Sequence record: MH494197.1 | Length of the DNA stretch: 64,000 nucleotides | Direction: 5' to 3' (one strand) | In this document: one piece after another, positions 60,521 to 64,000 of the stretch | How positions within the stretch are numbered: position 1 is the stretch's first letter | Layout: each line of letters begins with the position of its first letter | Notes under the pieces: generated by a model | Database searches by the model: none | Told to the model about the DNA's origin: nothing | Seen by the model: only the letters and a program-made list of their open reading frames with translations | Made by a program: the position numbers and the translations under genes

Positions 60521-60851
60521 TTACTCTTCGTCTTCAGTCAAGTCTTCTTGAACTGGATGTTCGGGTGGTTACGGCGATGCAATTTGATGCTTTTGTCTTT
60601 ACCTAAGACAGTTTCCATTTTTCAAATGAATCACCAATTGCTTTGTATAAATCTGCATCATCGGCGGTGACAATCTTACCACCTGATGTTAAAGTTACGG
60701 AATATTGATTCTTATGCTCTTTCTTCACATGAACACCGATATAAAGTACTGAAGAATCACTAAATTTCGTTAGTACATTTGCTTCTGCATGAATCGCGTC
60801 ATTGATTGCTGGAGTAATATCAACATTACCTTGGATAACTAAATCTAGCAT
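60521..60851 (-). CDS. hpf: Ribosome hibernation factor HPF/RaiA (S30AE family)-like protein
   Basis: LVIQGNVDITPAINDAI...VLTKF...VTLTSGGKIVTADDADLYKAIGDSFEK matches the HPF pattern (N-EIT-A...A---DMY-AID); repaired tail KMETVLGKDK...EDLTEDEE resembles the acidic RaiA tail. Confidence 0.7.
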
Positions 60852-60865
60852 AATTTACCTACCTT

Positions 60866-61784
60866 TTAGAGTGAGCTTAACAGCAAATCCGCTCTGTTTG
60901 TAACTTGGCGATACCACAAGGAATTCATGATTTCTTTCTTGAACTTCTTAGGGTTATCCATTTTAACACTTTTCCAAAGTTTGTCAAATGTTGCCAACTT
61001 ATCAACGCCCATTGTGTATGACATTTCAAACAGGATACGCTGCTGTTCTTTTGTCAGATTAACTGCATCTTTCTTCTGCATCAATAGTGTAAAGTCCTCG
61101 TAAGTCCTTTTCATATCTTGCATTAAAAGTTTGTTGGCCTGTGCTTTGGTAATCCCGTTTCTGTACTTCATTGCATCAGAATCTTTCTTACCCAAATAAT
61201 GCCCATAACCAATTGTATAATTACCTTTCATGTCCTTATAGGGATGAAATTTAGAATTGTGGAAAGGAACTCCAACTTTCCCACCAAGTAATTTACGTTT
61301 GTTCTTGGACTGAAATTCAATAGAACCTTCAGCTTCTTTGATGTGATCGACAATTTCTGGATCTTTATAATCAAACAGTACAGTCACATCTGGTAACAAT
61401 ACGTTCTTCAAATCCTCTTTGTTGGGATAAAGATACCTGAGAAGTATGAAGAGTTGCATTTAAGTTGATATTCTTCAACAAAATGACATAATCTTCAATC
61501 TGTACATTTTAGGTTTAAATTTCTGTGCAATAGAATAATAACTATCTCCGGTTGAACCGTATAATGTTTCTCGCTGCTTGGAACTGCCTTTGGTACTGAT
61601 ACCTTTAGTAGTTCCTGCTTTTGAATTTACAACTTGTGGTTTTAAATTATGCACCTGACTTTCGTCTAATGATGATGCACGATCACTTTGAGAAAAACCA
61701 TAAAATCCAATCGCAGCGAATAGGGCTGATGAAACTAACACGCCTATGGCAATTTTAGTTTTCAGTGCTTTTTCGCTTTTTCAA
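60866..61784 (-). CDS. Muramidase with N-terminal membrane anchor, LysM domain and GH24 (T4-lysozyme-like) domain
   Basis: TTG start with AAAGGAGG RBS; basic then hydrophobic IAIGVLVSSALFAAIGFYGF; HYTVQ(PG)DSYYSIAQKF LysM; EAEG...YKDMKGNYTIGYGH and SLWYRQVTNRA GH24 motifs. Confidence 0.78.
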
Positions 61785-61900
61785 AACGCCTCCTTTGTTG
61801 GTTGTTAACAATGAGCAATCACAAAGAGGGCAAAGAGGCCATTTGCAAAAGCCTCATTGGACTTTCTACAGTACTCATTTGTTCTTTGGAACATTTAAGT

Positions 61901-61928
61901 AGTATAGCATACTTTTTAGTTATATCAA
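61901..61928 (-). promoter_or_regulatory. Sigma70-like promoter upstream of the lysin leader
   Basis: Minus strand TTGATA-16 nt-TATACT with extended TG. Confidence 0.55.
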
Positions 61929-61951
61929 GACCTATTTACCAAATAACCACA

Positions 61952-62358
61952 TTAATCGTAGTATGTTCTACCAATGGTGATGTGATATTTGAAATATTTA
62001 GATGCCAAACCCAGTTCATTACGAATATGTGCAATGAAATCATCTTCAAACTCTATGATAAAGAATGACCGGTTTCTTATTGTCTTTTACTTCTTCGATG
62101 AAAGGATCGAACTTAATCTTAACTTTCATACCATCGTACTTTTCCAGTACTCTGGATTTGGTGGCACTTCACCACGAACGATACTGACATGTGCTCCCCA
62201 TTGTGGGTCTTTAATATCAATATGTAAGTCAGTTCTGATGAAGTACTGGTAGTATCGAACCAACTGTAATGGAAGTTGCAGTACTAACCAGAAGTCCTTC
62301 TTCTTTTCATAGTGCCACGATCTGGATCATACACCAGAGTTCCTTCCATTTCAATCAT
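61952..62358 (-). CDS. 2H phosphoesterase-family protein (missed by the ORF track)
   Basis: Reconstructed MIEMEGTLVYDP...VRYYQYFI...PQWGAHVSIVRGE...W-KYDG...IRNELGL...YHITIGRTYYD, with two Hx(S/T) motifs about 70 aa apart. Confidence 0.7.
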
Positions 62359-62365
62359 ATTTTAC

Positions 62366-62569
62366 CTATAAATTTACATATATATTTTTATTTTCAATAC
62401 GAACATAAGTTTCTAAAACATCTTTCGGAATTTTATTACTTGTTTTGTACCATGTAGTATTATCTACTAAAACAAAAGTTTCACCTTCAGTTTCACCAAA
62501 TGTACTTAGTGCATAAATGAAGTAGTTTGGTGATGCACTACAATAAACATCAGCATTAATTTCAATCAT
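62366..62569 (-). CDS. Hypothetical protein
   Basis: 67-aa ORF, tightly packed in the operon. Confidence 0.5.
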   Translation of the reverse strand: MIEINADVYCSASPNYFIYALSTFGETEGETFVLVDNTTWYKTSNKIPKDVLETYVRIENKNIYVNL

Positions 62570-62572
62570 ATT

Positions 62573-62704
62573 TTACACCACAATAAAGCTTAATACAACG
62601 AGTGTAATAAACACACCCACAATGGCGGTCATTTCAGGGTTAGCATCGTATGTATAACGGATGCACTTTAGAAAATCTTTACCAAACTTTTTTAGTCCAT
62701 TCAT
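62573..62704 (-). CDS. Small membrane protein (43 aa)
   Basis: MNGLKKFGKDFLKCIRYTYDANPEMTAIVGVFITLVVLSFIVV; AAAGGA RBS. Confidence 0.55.
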   Translation of the reverse strand: MNGLKKFGKDFLKCIRYTYDANPEMTAIVGVFITLVVLSFIVV

Positions 62705-62715
62705 ATATTTTCCTT

Positions 62716-63059
62716 TCATTTCTTGTGTAAAGGGTCGGCACTTTCATAATAGATTGTATCATTGTTTCGCTCAATAGTAAAACTCTTTTGACACAACTCT
62801 TCAGCTAAACCCTTAGCATAGTTTAATACATCTCGGTTGAGATATACTTCTTCTTTTGGGAAGCGTGGGTACTGAATAATACGAGCACACATTCCACTTT
62901 CAAGACCACCCGTGTAGATGTATTCACACGGAATCAATTGTACACAAAATCCAAGCTTGAATGCAAACTTTCGTGTGTACTCTCTTGCTGTTTGATATCA
63001 CCAGCAATATGAATATTCCAGTACTGTGTTTCAACTGTACCTTTGTCGATGTATTTCAT
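62716..63059 (-). CDS. Conserved phage hypothetical protein
   Basis: CVQLIPCEYIYTGGLESG...IIQYPRFP motif; N-terminus recovered across a frameshift; extended -10 TGcTATAAT upstream. Confidence 0.65.
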
Positions 63060-63089
63060 ACTCATCTCCAATTATAGCATAAAAATCCT

Positions 63090-63470
63090 ACTTGCCCAAA
63101 TCTTCTATAATTCTTTTATGATATCATTGTTTTCCAGACATAAAGTACTGAAATTTCTACCTGTTTTTCATTGAGTTCATTAATCTCAAGCATAAGATAA
63201 CCATAAGTGATATCTTGAACCCTACTTCGTTTTACCCTTGAGTACAGTCTGATGGGTACAGATACGCGAGTATTCAAAAGAATTCTGATAAATCATAACG
63301 ATATACGGTATTCATTCTTGTAACGTTTACGACTGTACGATTCTAAACACTGTGGAAACGTCTATCAAACATACTACTTCTTAGTTGAAGTATGATTGGA
63401 TCTAACTTATGCGAGAAATACTTTTGATTATTTTATTAAATCTTGTTACATGTCGTTTACGCCATCTCAT
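63090..63470 (-). CDS. Probable hypothetical protein, heavily frameshifted
   Basis: Gap between genes with coding-like fragments starting MRWRKRHVTRFNKII; no clean frame recovered. Confidence 0.3.
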
Positions 63471-63948
63471 AATCAAACCTTAAAAATATAATAGGAAAGT
63501 ATTTTGTTTCCGAATCTGAAATACTGTTACAGTAATCTTTCAATTCATCATGGATAACATTCAAATGAATAGTAGGATAGTTCATAGGTTTCTGTACTGG
63601 GCCAGTGGCATATACGCAATCTGTTCTATCCCAACTTACATATTGGGTTGGGTAATTATCTTTAGTACGTTCTTCAATAATAATATTATATTCTGGTGTA
63701 TTGAATACATACATATCACATTGTGAAATGTACTGAACATTAAAATCACCATCAGTTAGATGGATCATGTTCCCATCGCAATATAAGCATGATGGTTCAG
63801 TGTATCCTAAAATTGAAGATAAAGTTCTGAAGTTTGCTCGGACCCAAATATACCAAATTCGTGTGTAAACAAATATCAATGAAACGTTTGAAGACTTCAG
63901 TTTCGTTATGCATATAGATACCTTAAAAGACCCACATAGTGAGGTCAA
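63457..63948 (-). CDS. Hypothetical protein (start uncertain, may extend beyond the window)
   Basis: 163-aa ORF, Y/I-rich. Confidence 0.45.
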   Translation of the reverse strand: MTSLCGSFKVSICITKLKSSNVSLIFVYTRIWYIWVRANFRTLSSILGYTEPSCLYCDGNMIHLTDGDFNVQYISQCDMYVFNTPEYNIIIEERTKDNYPTQYVSWDRTDCVYATGPVQKPMNYPTIHLNVIHDELKDYCNSISDSETKYFPIIFLRFDYEMA

Positions 63949-64000
63949 ACACTTTTAAACGTTATCATCATCCAAAGCTTCACGGTAAACATAATAAACA

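Overview
64 kb of an AT-rich jumbo myovirus genome, resembling the RaK2 / GAP32 / PBECO4 / CBB group of enterobacterial phages. This placement is inferred from gene content and protein motifs; no search was run. Most genes are broken into several ORFs by 1-2 nt deletions. These sit almost entirely in homopolymers and at CC(A/T)GG sites, the pattern of an unpolished Nanopore assembly of Dcm-type methylated DNA. I therefore treat them as intact genes and give reconstructed spans, with ends approximate. Layout: giant baseplate/virion protein (<1-9907); ClpA-type AAA+ unfoldase; neck and tail-terminator genes; a Nudix; a leftward structural operon; then a receptor-binding cluster (collagen-like adaptor, WcaM/colanidase-like tailspike, anchor protein, two giant paralogous fibres, chaperone, fibre hub). 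Next come thyA, a SLOG-like protein, a MoxR-AAA/VWA-peptidase pair and a tandem early-promoter cluster. These are followed by head/tail morphogenesis genes (head completion nuclease, three tube-like genes, sheath, neck), dNMP kinase, and an accessory region. That region holds a PTH2-like protein, macrodomain, glutaredoxin, Nudix, CCA-adding enzyme, paralogous hypotheticals, an HPF/RaiA-like protein, a TM-LysM-GH24 lysin with a structured leader, and a 2H phosphoesterase. No tRNA, rRNA, CRISPR array, intron or transposase was recognised.
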